A stretch of DNA of 64,000 nt from Turneriella sp. (GTDB lineage: Bacteria; Spirochaetota; Leptospiria; Turneriellales; Turneriellaceae). The notes beneath the pieces are model-generated. The model was given only the letters and a program-made list of their open reading frames with translations, ran no database searches and was not told the origin of the DNA. This document shows positions 20,184 to 28,943 of this stretch, piece by piece (within the stretch, counting starts at the first letter, position 1; each line of letters starts with the position of its first letter). Location of the stretch: NCBI GenBank assembly GCA_965279515.1, contig CBDIID010000003.1, forward strand, positions 1,024,001-1,088,000, read 5' to 3'. The translations under genes were made by a program, and so were the position numbers.

Positions 20184-20720
20184 TTAATAATGCAGCAGAC
20201 TTTCGACTGCGGCAAAACCCGCCTGTTTCAGTTTACCGCGGCCTTCGAGAAAGTCGAGCTCGATGGCAAAGAGAATTTTTTTCACATCGGCGCCGGCGTC
20301 GCGTAGTAAACAGGCAGCGGCAGTCGCGGTACCCCCCGTCGCCAAAAGATCATCGACGACGGCCACCTTGTCGCCGGCTTTCACGGCATCTTCGTGGATC
20401 TCAATCGCGTCGGTGCCGTATTCGAGCTGGTAGGTGGCCTTGAGCGTCTTCCAGGGCAGCTTGCCGGGCTTGCGCAGCAGCACGAGACCGATACCCAGCT
20501 CGGTCGCCAGTGCGCTGGCAAAAATAAATCCGCGCGACTCAATGCCGGCAACATAGCGCAGGCTTTCGCCCTTCAGCTGGTCTGCCATGGCGTTGATGAT
20601 AGCCTTGAACGCAGCTGCATCCTGCAGCACAGGTGTGATATCCTTGAACTGAATACCGGGCTTCGGAAAGTCCGGTACGTTGCGTATCAGTGCGTCGATT
20701 TTTTTTCCAATCTCTGTCAT
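20184..20720 (-). CDS. apt: Adenine phosphoribosyltransferase
   Basis: PDFPKPGIQFKDIT, ESRGF, RKPGKLP, VDDLLATGGT. Confidence 0.97.
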   Translation of the reverse strand: MTEIGKKIDALIRNVPDFPKPGIQFKDITPVLQDAAAFKAIINAMADQLKGESLRYVAGIESRGFIFASALATELGIGLVLLRKPGKLPWKTLKATYQLEYGTDAIEIHEDAVKAGDKVAVVDDLLATGGTATAAACLLRDAGADVKKILFAIELDFLEGRGKLKQAGFAAVESLLHY

Positions 20721-20727
20721 ATTTTCC

Positions 20728-21708
20728 TTAGGGGCGATCCTGTAATTTCAGGAAACCCGGTATCATATAATTTTGCACATAGTCTTTGACGCCGTCTTCG
20801 AGCGAAGTTTTCTTCAGCTGAATGCCGGTAGCCGCAAGTTTCGTCATATTGGCTTCGGTGAAATACTGGTAACTGCCGACGAGATTCGACGGCATGTCGA
20901 TGTATTCGATTTTTTTCTCCGCGCCCATCGCGGCAAAAACCGCCGAAGCGAGGTCATTCCAGCTGCGCGCGCCACCCGAGCCGAGGTTAAAAACCCCGTT
21001 GATCTGCGGTTTTTTTATCAGCTGCAAAATGACGTCCACACAATCTTTAATGTAGACGAAGTCGCGCTTTTGGTCGCCGTCAGTGTAGTCGGGGCGGTGT
21101 GATTTAAACAGCTTCAGAAAACCGTTTTCACCGATCTGGTTAAAAGCCTTGTACACGACGCTCGACATGTCGGCCTTATGGTATTCATTGGGGCCATAGA
21201 CGTTAAAAAACTTGAGACCGGCGATGTTCTTCTGCCAGCCATTCTGTATCGCCACCTCGTCGAAAATCTGTTTCGAATAGCCGTAACGGTTGATCGGCTG
21301 CAGTGTCATGCTGGTGGCATCGTCGTCGTCAAAACCCTTTTCGATGCCGCCGTACGTCGCGGCGCTCGAGGCATAGATGAGTCGAATGCCCTTTTCGAGT
21401 GCAAATTCGGCGAGCATGCGTGTGTACGCATAGTTATTCGCCATGAGGTAATCCCCGTTGGTCTCGGTGGTCGCTGAGCAGGCGCCCATGTGCACAATGG
21501 TCTTCAGGCCCTTCAGTTCAGGCGTACCAAGCGAGGCCAGAAACTGGGATTTATGCAAATAATGGCGGTATTTGAGCGAAACGAGGTTTTTCCACTTCGG
21601 GGATTCGTCGAGATTATCGACGATGACAATATCTTTTTCACCCTCGGCATTGAGGCGTGCCACAACGGCGCTGCCGATGAAACCCGCTCCGCCTGTTACG
21701 ACGATCAT
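20728..21708 (-). CDS. hldD: ADP-L-glycero-D-manno-heptose 6-epimerase
   Basis: MIVVTGGAGFIGS, YASSAATYG, YGYSK, FFNVYGPNEYHK. Confidence 0.93.
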   Translation of the reverse strand: MIVVTGGAGFIGSAVVARLNAEGEKDIVIVDNLDESPKWKNLVSLKYRHYLHKSQFLASLGTPELKGLKTIVHMGACSATTETNGDYLMANNYAYTRMLAEFALEKGIRLIYASSAATYGGIEKGFDDDDATSMTLQPINRYGYSKQIFDEVAIQNGWQKNIAGLKFFNVYGPNEYHKADMSSVVYKAFNQIGENGFLKLFKSHRPDYTDGDQKRDFVYIKDCVDVILQLIKKPQINGVFNLGSGGARSWNDLASAVFAAMGAEKKIEYIDMPSNLVGSYQYFTEANMTKLAATGIQLKKTSLEDGVKDYVQNYMIPGFLKLQDRP

Positions 21709-21787
21709 GTGGGAGAAGCGGGAGCGGCGCACACTCTGAAAAGCACAAACGCTTGTCCCCATGTTTCAAGGATAGTAACCGGATAGG

Positions 21788-22522
21788 GTGACGTTTAAAG
21801 TCCTAATCATCGAGGATAACCATAGCTTTATCGACAGCCTCAAGGTGATGCTGCGCGACCTACCCCTCGATTTTGTCCACGCCTTCCGCTACACCGATGC
21901 GCAGGCAATCATTGAAAAGCACGGCGTGTTTTATAATAAACAGGCAGAAGACGCAACGCAGATCGCTGCTGAACAGGTAGAAGCCATCATCGATGCGGCC
22001 ACGACAGGTAAAAAACGCGCCTCAGTGCCTACGGCAAAACTTTACAATCCCGGTGGTGTGTTCCTCATCATCGTGGAACAGAATACAGAAACCAGCATGA
22101 AGGGCACCGATTTTATCGGCCACGCGGTACGCAAATTTCCCGGCATTTCTGAATCTGATTTTATTTTACTGACTCACCGGCTCGAGCTCGTACCGGCAAA
22201 AAATTATGTATTTCCTGTGCTTGAGAAACCGCTGCGCGCTCCGCAGATTCGCCAGGCTGTCGCGGTGAAACTCAAACATGCGCAAGACATCGTCGACATG
22301 CAGGCACGCGTCGAAGCCCAGAAACTGGACAAAAGCGAAAAACAAGTGGCGGCGGCTCCGGCAGCGGCAAAAAAGAAAGGCTTCCGTGATCTCCTGAAGA
22401 TAAACCGCAAGGCAGAAGAAACGGCTGAACCAAAAGCCGAAGAGAAGAAGACCGTTAAAAAAACCAAAAAGGCCGCACCCGCGAAACCGGCAAAAAAGAC
22501 CGCTAAAGCAAAATCAAAATAA
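21788..22522 (+). CDS. Atypical (pseudo-)receiver-domain protein with a Lys/Ala-rich tail
   Basis: KVLIIEDN start, 'LIIVEQ' at the phospho-Asp position, 'LEKP', and a KKAAPAKPAKK tail. Confidence 0.65.
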   Translation: MTFKVLIIEDNHSFIDSLKVMLRDLPLDFVHAFRYTDAQAIIEKHGVFYNKQAEDATQIAAEQVEAIIDAATTGKKRASVPTAKLYNPGGVFLIIVEQNTETSMKGTDFIGHAVRKFPGISESDFILLTHRLELVPAKNYVFPVLEKPLRAPQIRQAVAVKLKHAQDIVDMQARVEAQKLDKSEKQVAAAPAAAKKKGFRDLLKINRKAEETAEPKAEEKKTVKKTKKAAPAKPAKKTAKAKSK

Positions 22523-22563
22523 GCCGGAAAAAATCCGCCGGCGCAGGCAAGCTCCCTGCAAAA

Positions 22564-23313
22564 CTACATATGATCGAGCGCGCATTTGATGCTGAGGCCG
22601 CCCTCCACGGGCGTTACCTCCATCGACCAGAGATGCACACAGCCGCCTTGTTTGGTGCGCCAGCCGCAATCTTTGATCGTGCCGCTCTGCGCCTTGAATG
22701 AAGCGTACGTTAAAGAACGGAAGTGTGACGCGCAGCGTTTGCAAATCTGAAAACCGATTTCATCGTCGCGCGCGGGAATAAAAAGCGTCATGGTGCGGAT
22801 GCCCTCTGTGACAGAACCCTCGGCAGAAACATTGCCGCTAAATTTTTGCTGCCAGGTGTAAGAGCCGGCGCCTTTTGCCGCCTGGGCCGGATCATCGCCT
22901 GCCCGGGTCTCAGGCCCCTCAGGCGTAAAGGCCGTGCGCGCATAATCGGCGAGTCCTGAACAGTTTGCCTGCGGTAACGGTACGGGGCTTAAAAAACCTG
23001 AAAAGATCCAGCCGGATTTCCCCTGGTATGTGGCCTGGACCCACTGGCCGGTTTTTCCTGAGCGTGTCTCCGGGTTTCCCGCAGGTTTACCCACAGTCAC
23101 AGAGGCGCCGAACGGAAGCGCCACGAGCTCTTTGGCGGTTGCCGAAGGTTGTTCGTTCAGCGGCAGCGAAGGTTCAGCAAAGACATACATATTCACCGGC
23201 AGGGCAGATTCCGCTGAAGCGCCCTCTTTGGGCTTGCAACCGGCAAAGACCGAAACCACCGCAAAAAGCGGAAAAATAAAAATAACACGAGAAAAAATAT
23301 TTTGCAATGGCAT
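22564..23313 (-). CDS. SH3-domain lipoprotein
   Basis: Lipobox FAGC and an SH3_3-like 'LPFGASV...WVQATY..KSGWIFSGFLS' segment. Confidence 0.75.
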   Translation of the reverse strand: MPLQNIFSRVIFIFPLFAVVSVFAGCKPKEGASAESALPVNMYVFAEPSLPLNEQPSATAKELVALPFGASVTVGKPAGNPETRSGKTGQWVQATYQGKSGWIFSGFLSPVPLPQANCSGLADYARTAFTPEGPETRAGDDPAQAAKGAGSYTWQQKFSGNVSAEGSVTEGIRTMTLFIPARDDEIGFQICKRCASHFRSLTYASFKAQSGTIKDCGWRTKQGGCVHLWSMEVTPVEGGLSIKCALDHM

Positions 23314-23511
23314 CCTTAAGGATTTTTGGGATCACCGCTCATTCTGTCACGGCTAAAATAGATGCAAGCTGCAACCAGCCGCGTGCCGGTGCGCTATGTA
23401 CAGGTAAATGCAAAATAGTTACGGGCAAAGAAAGCGGCAGCGCCAGTATCAGCGCCCACGAAATGACCTGCCAGCCGCCATAGGGTGCGGGTGTGAAACA
23501 ATATACGAAAT

Positions 23512-24012
23512 TTAACCGGGGCTTTTCGGGCGGATCGGTATACAAATATCTTCCTCTGAGTTCGGATCGCCATTTTTATACCTATTCCCCAGGACTTCAA
23601 AATGAGGCCGGTCATCGAGAGCGTACGGCGAACCGGGCAACCAATCCCCATGGATGTATTCAAATATTCGCGTGTCTGTGTTGAGGCCCTTATAGGGAAA
23701 AATGGCGTAGAGACCGGCGGGCACTACCAGAGTTTCCATATTGCCGGGGATATCTTCAAAATCGTTGACTTCGACGCCGGCCCATCTTTGAAAATTAGCT
23801 TCGGGATTGAAATCTTTCTTAGAGAATGAGAAGTTTTTGGGATAGACACCGAGCGAAAGCAAATCGCCGTTAATCCGGTTCTTTATCTGTGCGCTCTGTG
23901 GCATGAACTGACCCCAGAGCAGGCCGACCTTATAATTCAGAAAACTCATTTCCATACCGATGCCAATGATTTTTTTCCCGGCGATCGATTCAATCTTGGG
24001 TATGACAGTCAT
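23512..24012 (-). CDS. GyrI-like small-molecule-binding domain protein
   Basis: LWGQF, VPAGLYAIF, IHGDWLPGSPY..DDRPHFE, EDICIPI. Confidence 0.88.
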   Translation of the reverse strand: MTVIPKIESIAGKKIIGIGMEMSFLNYKVGLLWGQFMPQSAQIKNRINGDLLSLGVYPKNFSFSKKDFNPEANFQRWAGVEVNDFEDIPGNMETLVVPAGLYAIFPYKGLNTDTRIFEYIHGDWLPGSPYALDDRPHFEVLGNRYKNGDPNSEEDICIPIRPKSPG

Positions 24013-24587
24013 GGTAAGGATACCTCTATTCCATATTTTGCCAGCAAACCGGGTAAGCCAGATAAATCAAATCGGGCCTTGCGGATACGGTTGGCTTCGG
24101 GATCAATAACAAAGCCATACGATTCGCGGAAGTCCACCTTCTCTAAATTAGTCCTGTAAAAACCAGTGTTGGTTAAATTACACGCCGAGAAAACGGAACC
24201 TGTAAGGTCGGTTTTTTCGAAATCGGCCTGCGATAGATCGCAGTGACTGAGCATAGTTTTCCTGAGCCTTAGCTCTGAAAAACATGACTGTCGCAAATTG
24301 CAGGATTGGAACGAAAACCTTAAAGAGAACGGATTGCAAGAGGAGAAATTTACCCCCAGGAGCTTGCAGTCTCTGTAAAGGCAATCTGTTATTGTCGTGT
24401 TGTTCAGGGATACCAGGCTAAAATTGCAGCTCACAAATTCGCAATCCAGGAATCGCAGATCTGCCAGGTCGCAGGATTCAAAGTTACAAGCGAGGAACTT
24501 ACAGCCGGAATATTCCGCAGGCGGCAGGTGACTTACCCGAAAATCCTGATCGGAAAATACCTGACTCTCAAAAAGCTCCACAATCAA
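24009..24587 (-). CDS. Pentapeptide-repeat protein (Qnr/MfpA-like fold)
   Basis: Continuous xC/A-N/D-F/L-xx pentapeptide repeats; TTG start; 4-bp overlap with the GyrI-like gene. Confidence 0.88.
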   Translation of the reverse strand: MIVELFESQVFSDQDFRVSHLPPAEYSGCKFLACNFESCDLADLRFLDCEFVSCNFSLVSLNNTTITDCLYRDCKLLGVNFSSCNPFSLRFSFQSCNLRQSCFSELRLRKTMLSHCDLSQADFEKTDLTGSVFSACNLTNTGFYRTNLEKVDFRESYGFVIDPEANRIRKARFDLSGLPGLLAKYGIEVSLP

Positions 24588-24632
24588 ATGATGTATATTT
24601 TACATCATATATATTGTAAATAATATATTATT
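24588..24632. promoter_or_regulatory. Putative MarR operator palindromes in the divergent promoter
   Basis: ATGATGTA-N5-TACATCAT (24588-24608) and the perfect palindrome AATAATATATTATT (24619-24632). Confidence 0.55.
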
Positions 24633-24683
24633 ACGCATGAATTTTCCTGTGCAGCTTGCACGAATATTGTAACGCTGCCGTGG

Positions 24684-25148
24684 ATGGAAAAAAAGTCACA
24701 AAATCTGGGGTTTCTGCTTTCGCAAATCGGTGCGTATATCGGTATTGAATTCAGGCAGAGGTTACAGCAACTACAGATTTCCAGTGGTCAGGCGGGCATT
24801 ATGCGCTTAGTGAGTTTATCCGCAAAGATCAGCCAACGGGAACTTGCCAATAAACTTTCCGTTAACCCCAGTCGGTTGGTCATCTTACTGGATGAGCTGG
24901 AAAAAATGAAATTAATCCTGCGCACGGTCGACAGCAGCGACCGGCGGAATCACAACCTGCGGCTGACAGAAGATGGCGTAAAAATGGTAAAGAAGGTGGG
25001 CAACATTTCACGAAACCTGACGGAGAGCTTATGCGGCGCTCTTACGCCCGGCGAAAAAGACATGCTGGAGAGCTTGCTGCAAAAAATAGCTACGGATCAG
25101 AACTTAGCGCCGAACGTCCATCCGGCTTTCAAGGCAAATCTGGAATAA
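24684..25148 (+). CDS. MarR-family transcriptional regulator
   Basis: SQRELA...LDELEKMKLILRTVDSSDRRNHNLRLTEDG. Confidence 0.92.
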   Translation: MEKKSQNLGFLLSQIGAYIGIEFRQRLQQLQISSGQAGIMRLVSLSAKISQRELANKLSVNPSRLVILLDELEKMKLILRTVDSSDRRNHNLRLTEDGVKMVKKVGNISRNLTESLCGALTPGEKDMLESLLQKIATDQNLAPNVHPAFKANLE

Positions 25149-25199
25149 TCTTTTTAACCCGCAAGCACCTGGCAGAATGCGGCTACCGGTAACCCCGGT

Positions 25200-25595
25200 C
25201 TAAAGCTCCTGCCAATGAACACCGCAAACGGAAGTGGTATAGTCGCTGGATTTTTCAAAACCGTCATCACGGGCAAAGGTCAGGGCTATTTTATAGCTTC
25301 GGGTCGTCTTGAACTGGGAAACCAAAGGGCGACAATCCTTTCCTGTACTCCCCCAGATGGTGATGGATTTCCTGTTTTCCCGGCCTTGAAAAACCTGGAT
25401 TATTTCAGCGGTCATGCCGCCCGGCCGCCCGTAACGGTTTTTCTTAAAAGGCACCGGCATAAAACGAATGTGTACCACGAGGTTTGCCTGTTTGGCACTC
25501 GCGGCAAAATCACCGGCAAGCTTACATTCGCACGAGGCTACAGGCATCGCATACGCAACAAAAAAATAAAACGATACGCAAAGACGCAGAACCAT
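25200..25595 (-). CDS. Secreted TIMP/NTR-like protein
   Basis: Signal peptide followed by C-E-C, 'ANLVV', 'VFQG', a mid-protein Cys and a C-terminal 'VCG'. Confidence 0.5.
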   Translation of the reverse strand: MVLRLCVSFYFFVAYAMPVASCECKLAGDFAASAKQANLVVHIRFMPVPFKKNRYGRPGGMTAEIIQVFQGRENRKSITIWGSTGKDCRPLVSQFKTTRSYKIALTFARDDGFEKSSDYTTSVCGVHWQEL

Positions 25596-25626
25596 TAAGG
25601 ATTTACCGGTAGATTTGACTTGCGGG

Positions 25627-26166
25627 CTAGTGACCCGGCTTCAACGCCGCGAGAATGTCCGCTACCGCCATCATCTTCCCCTGCCCTACGTCACCGCAGA
25701 CAGCCTCGCCGTTTGCAGAATCCAGAATGTGATAACCGTAGGATTTTAAAGTTTTCAGATTTGCCTGTGTCGCCGGATGGGAATACATAAAGGGATTCAT
25801 CGCCGGCGCGATAAAGCGCGGACCATCGTAGGCAAGCAGCGTCGCTGTGACGATATCGTCTGCGCGGCCCGCCGCCGCGCGCGCGATCAGGTCGGCGGTT
25901 GCCGGTGCGACCAGCATCAGGTCGGCGCCCGTACGGATGTCGATGTGCGCCATCCCGTGAAGCTGTGAGCCTGTGCTGAGCCCTGCCGAAGCATCGGTGA
26001 TGACCTTCTGCGACGAAAGCGCCTCGAACAATACCGGGTTAATCCATGCCGCCGCGCTGCGTGTCATCGCCACGCGCACCGTGTGCCCTGCCTTCGTAAG
26101 CTCGCGTACGATGTCGCAGGCCTTGTAAATCGCCACCGAGGCACTGATGCCGAGAATAATAGTCAT
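25627..26166 (-). CDS. coaC: Stand-alone phosphopantothenoylcysteine decarboxylase (HFCD flavoprotein)
   Basis: SVAIYKA, MAHI, VAPATAD, APAMNPFMY, AVCGDVGQGKM; no CoaB domain. Confidence 0.85.
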   Translation of the reverse strand: MTIILGISASVAIYKACDIVRELTKAGHTVRVAMTRSAAAWINPVLFEALSSQKVITDASAGLSTGSQLHGMAHIDIRTGADLMLVAPATADLIARAAAGRADDIVTATLLAYDGPRFIAPAMNPFMYSHPATQANLKTLKSYGYHILDSANGEAVCGDVGQGKMMAVADILAALKPGH

Positions 26167-27341
26167 TCTTCCGATTCCTTTTCGATATACTCAAAATTTC
26201 CATTGATGTGCACCGGATCAAAAAACCGCATCGCATCGGTTCGCACCCCCACTTTGCCGTTGTTGAGACTATAACCTTTCAACACGCGCTCTGCTGTGGT
26301 TCGCGAAATCTGGCCGTTGGCAAAAAGCCACGCACTGCGAAAGAAGGCGTGCGCGCGCGCAAAAATTTTTGCTGTGAGCTGCTTGCGGTCGACCTGGCGC
26401 AGGGAATTATCGAGCGGATGCCGGTATTCGCGCACGTCGGCGACCGAAAAAAGCTGGCCCCGATTACCGTTCTGGTACTCGGCATACGAGCGCGCCGGAT
26501 ACAGGAGACTGCTGTTAAAATGCAGCGCGTCGGCACGGCGACGGTTGTAGATCAAACCCCAGTGCGCGAGCCGCGGGTTCTGGAAAATGCGGTTGAATAA
26601 AATCTGTTTTTTATAAGAGCGTAGCGCAATTTTGAACAGCGGGTGTTTGTAAATGCTCGGGGGGATATCCCCCTGGGCACCAAACTCATCGCGCGCGAGA
26701 TTCGGCCACGCGCGCACGAGCGAAAGCGCATAAAAGCCGAGAATGAGGTCACGCCAGCGCGTCGGCAAGGTCATCTTGCGCAGTGCCCGGTACTGCCGCA
26801 GATCAGAACCAATACCGTCGAGGTTGTAGAGGTCGAAAACCGTCTCGACCGCACGGTGCCGCGCCTCGGCGCGCAGTTTTTCAGCGCGGTCTTCGGCATA
26901 ATAGTTCCCCGAGAGAAAATAGACAATCGGGTGAAGAATCGTATCGAGCGCGACGTGGCTTAGGTAGCCGAGCGCAAAGAGCAGCAGGGCGCCGCGCTCT
27001 TCGTGATGGAGCGCCCGCCCCGGCGTCAGCGGCTTTTGCAATTCGGGTGAGTTCAGAATTTCGAGCATGGCGAGAACATGCGCCAGCGAATTTTCACCGT
27101 GCGTGCCGTGTATCAGCTCACCCCAGATAAGTCCGCGGTGTTTGATGCGGAGTTCCCACGGCATACGGACATCGTAATAAAAGATGTCGGGCGATACCGA
27201 ACCGAAGTATAGCGGCTCAGGATGCTTCTCAAAGAGAAAATAAATTTCGCCGCCGATTTTTTTCTTGTAGGCGTTTGTCGACGCGGCCATCGTATGCGCC
27301 GCGCGCTCGGCAAGCAAACAGTGCGTGATTTCCTTGGGCAT
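26163..27341 (-). CDS. Zinc-dependent phospholipase C family protein
   Basis: MP...TH start, GSVSPDIFYY, GYLSHVALDTILHP, HRAVE. Confidence 0.8.
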   Translation of the reverse strand: MPKEITHCLLAERAAHTMAASTNAYKKKIGGEIYFLFEKHPEPLYFGSVSPDIFYYDVRMPWELRIKHRGLIWGELIHGTHGENSLAHVLAMLEILNSPELQKPLTPGRALHHEERGALLLFALGYLSHVALDTILHPIVYFLSGNYYAEDRAEKLRAEARHRAVETVFDLYNLDGIGSDLRQYRALRKMTLPTRWRDLILGFYALSLVRAWPNLARDEFGAQGDIPPSIYKHPLFKIALRSYKKQILFNRIFQNPRLAHWGLIYNRRRADALHFNSSLLYPARSYAEYQNGNRGQLFSVADVREYRHPLDNSLRQVDRKQLTAKIFARAHAFFRSAWLFANGQISRTTAERVLKGYSLNNGKVGVRTDAMRFFDPVHINGNFEYIEKESEE

Positions 27342-27375
27342 GCTTCGATACTCAGCAACCAGGTACGGGTGGCGC

Positions 27376-27807
27376 CTACTGCTGCTGGATAAATTCCTTC
27401 AGCATTTCGGCTTCGCGCTCCGTCTTTTTCAACCGGGCGTTAATAATATCATCGAGCGAGATGAGTCCGACCACTTTTTCATCTTGCATCAGCGGCAGAT
27501 GGTGTATGTGTTTCTCTGTCATCACCGAAAGCGCCTGATCGAGGCTGTTTTCTGCGGGAATCGTCGTAATCGTTTTCGACATGATTTCCCAGACTTCGAT
27601 TTTGTTGAGTTGCGTATAACGCTCGGCAACGAGCCGCATCACATCTTTTTCAGTGACAATGCCAACGAGCCCGCCGGCGGGCGTTAAGATCAGGAGCCCG
27701 CTCTCTTTAATGGCAAGCATGTGCTTCACGGCCGTGAGAACACTGTCCGACTGTTTGACGACAGGCATCGGCTCGGCTTTAGCTTGAACGACTGTAAGGA
27801 CGCTCAT
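27376..27807 (-). CDS. CBS-domain protein
   Basis: Tandem CBS repeats (GIVTEKD, HHLPL..GLISLDD). Confidence 0.9.
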   Translation of the reverse strand: MSVLTVVQAKAEPMPVVKQSDSVLTAVKHMLAIKESGLLILTPAGGLVGIVTEKDVMRLVAERYTQLNKIEVWEIMSKTITTIPAENSLDQALSVMTEKHIHHLPLMQDEKVVGLISLDDIINARLKKTEREAEMLKEFIQQQ

Positions 27808-27815
27808 AACCTTCC

Positions 27816-28943
27816 CTACGGGGTCTTATTCAGGCCGTCAATATATTGATGGTAACGGTCGGCCTCGCCCTTACGCGATGAAAACCCCTTAATCGATACG
27901 CCTATCGCCAGGTCTTGCTCGTTGGTATTGCCGATCCAGGCAATTTCGGTAAACACCGTGATCGGCTGCTGTAGTTTAAAAATCACATCGAAACTAAAAC
28001 CTTTCTGGTGCACGAGAAATTTTTTGAGCTCGGGGTCGGTAAAGATGAGACGCAGGCCGCCACGCGAAATATCGCCGACGGATTGCCGCTTGTTGATGAG
28101 CATGGTATTCGAATCGCGCATCTGGTCGACCATTTCAAACGCCAGCATCTTGAGTTCGAGGGCCGTATCCATACCCAGCTGTTTCTGGTGCGAAATTAAC
28201 TGAATGTAACCCAAGGGCACAGATTCACCGTCATGTCCCAGATAGATGATCGGTACAATCATCTCGGATAGGATTTTCTTCTTTTTATACTCTTCCATGA
28301 CCGAGCCAATCTCGGTATTCAGGTGTTCCCGGTAGTCAACAAAACCATCGATGTCTTCGGGAATATACGACATCAGGTCCTGCGTATCGGTCACCATGAG
28401 AATCTTATGCGTCTTGCGCACGAGCTCTGTCTTCTCATCGCCCTTTTCAAAAATTCTCACTTTCACTTCGTCGGCAAAATCCTTGAGGCGCTGCTGAAAC
28501 TTCTCGAGGTGAATCTTGACCGAAGTCGGCACATTGAAGAGCGAGGCGTTGATGGTATTACGCGCCGCACGGATATTATTGATGACAACAATGTCGGATG
28601 TCATCTTGTAACGGGGCGAACGGCGCTCATTGGTGGCAATCCGCACTTTGATGACGGCAAGTTTGTACTGCGAGTTGATGACCTTCTCGACCACCTCGGC
28701 GTGTATCTCGAGCTGCTTATTAAAGGTGTGGAAAAGCACGATCGGGCCTTCGAGCTCGCGCAGCGAATCAACGATTATAAGATTGGGCTCCCTGAATTCG
28801 AGAATCTTTAATTCGATTTTTTCATAAAAGCCCTTGATGTAAAATGCCTTGCCCGTCGCATACTGCTTGAGCATGGTCGCAAGCTTCGCCGGGTCCTGAA
28901 TGACCTGGTACTTCCGCTCGGTGCGCTCTTTAAAAACGTTCAT
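27816..28943 (-). CDS. DUF1577-like / PilZ-domain protein
   Basis: RRSPR motif, 'PLGYIQ' GAF-like segment and a C-terminal DISRGG PilZ motif. Confidence 0.7.
   Translation of the reverse strand: MNVFKERTERKYQVIQDPAKLATMLKQYATGKAFYIKGFYEKIELKILEFREPNLIIVDSLRELEGPIVLFHTFNKQLEIHAEVVEKVINSQYKLAVIKVRIATNERRSPRYKMTSDIVVINNIRAARNTINASLFNVPTSVKIHLEKFQQRLKDFADEVKVRIFEKGDEKTELVRKTHKILMVTDTQDLMSYIPEDIDGFVDYREHLNTEIGSVMEEYKKKKILSEMIVPIIYLGHDGESVPLGYIQLISHQKQLGMDTALELKMLAFEMVDQMRDSNTMLINKRQSVGDISRGGLRLIFTDPELKKFLVHQKGFSFDVIFKLQQPITVFTEIAWIGNTNEQDLAIGVSIKGFSSRKGEADRYHQYIDGLNKTP

Noticed and set aside
23339..23663. Short hydrophobic ORFs downstream of the GyrI-like gene
   Set aside because: They overlap the GyrI-like gene and show no RBS or family motif, so they cannot be supported.
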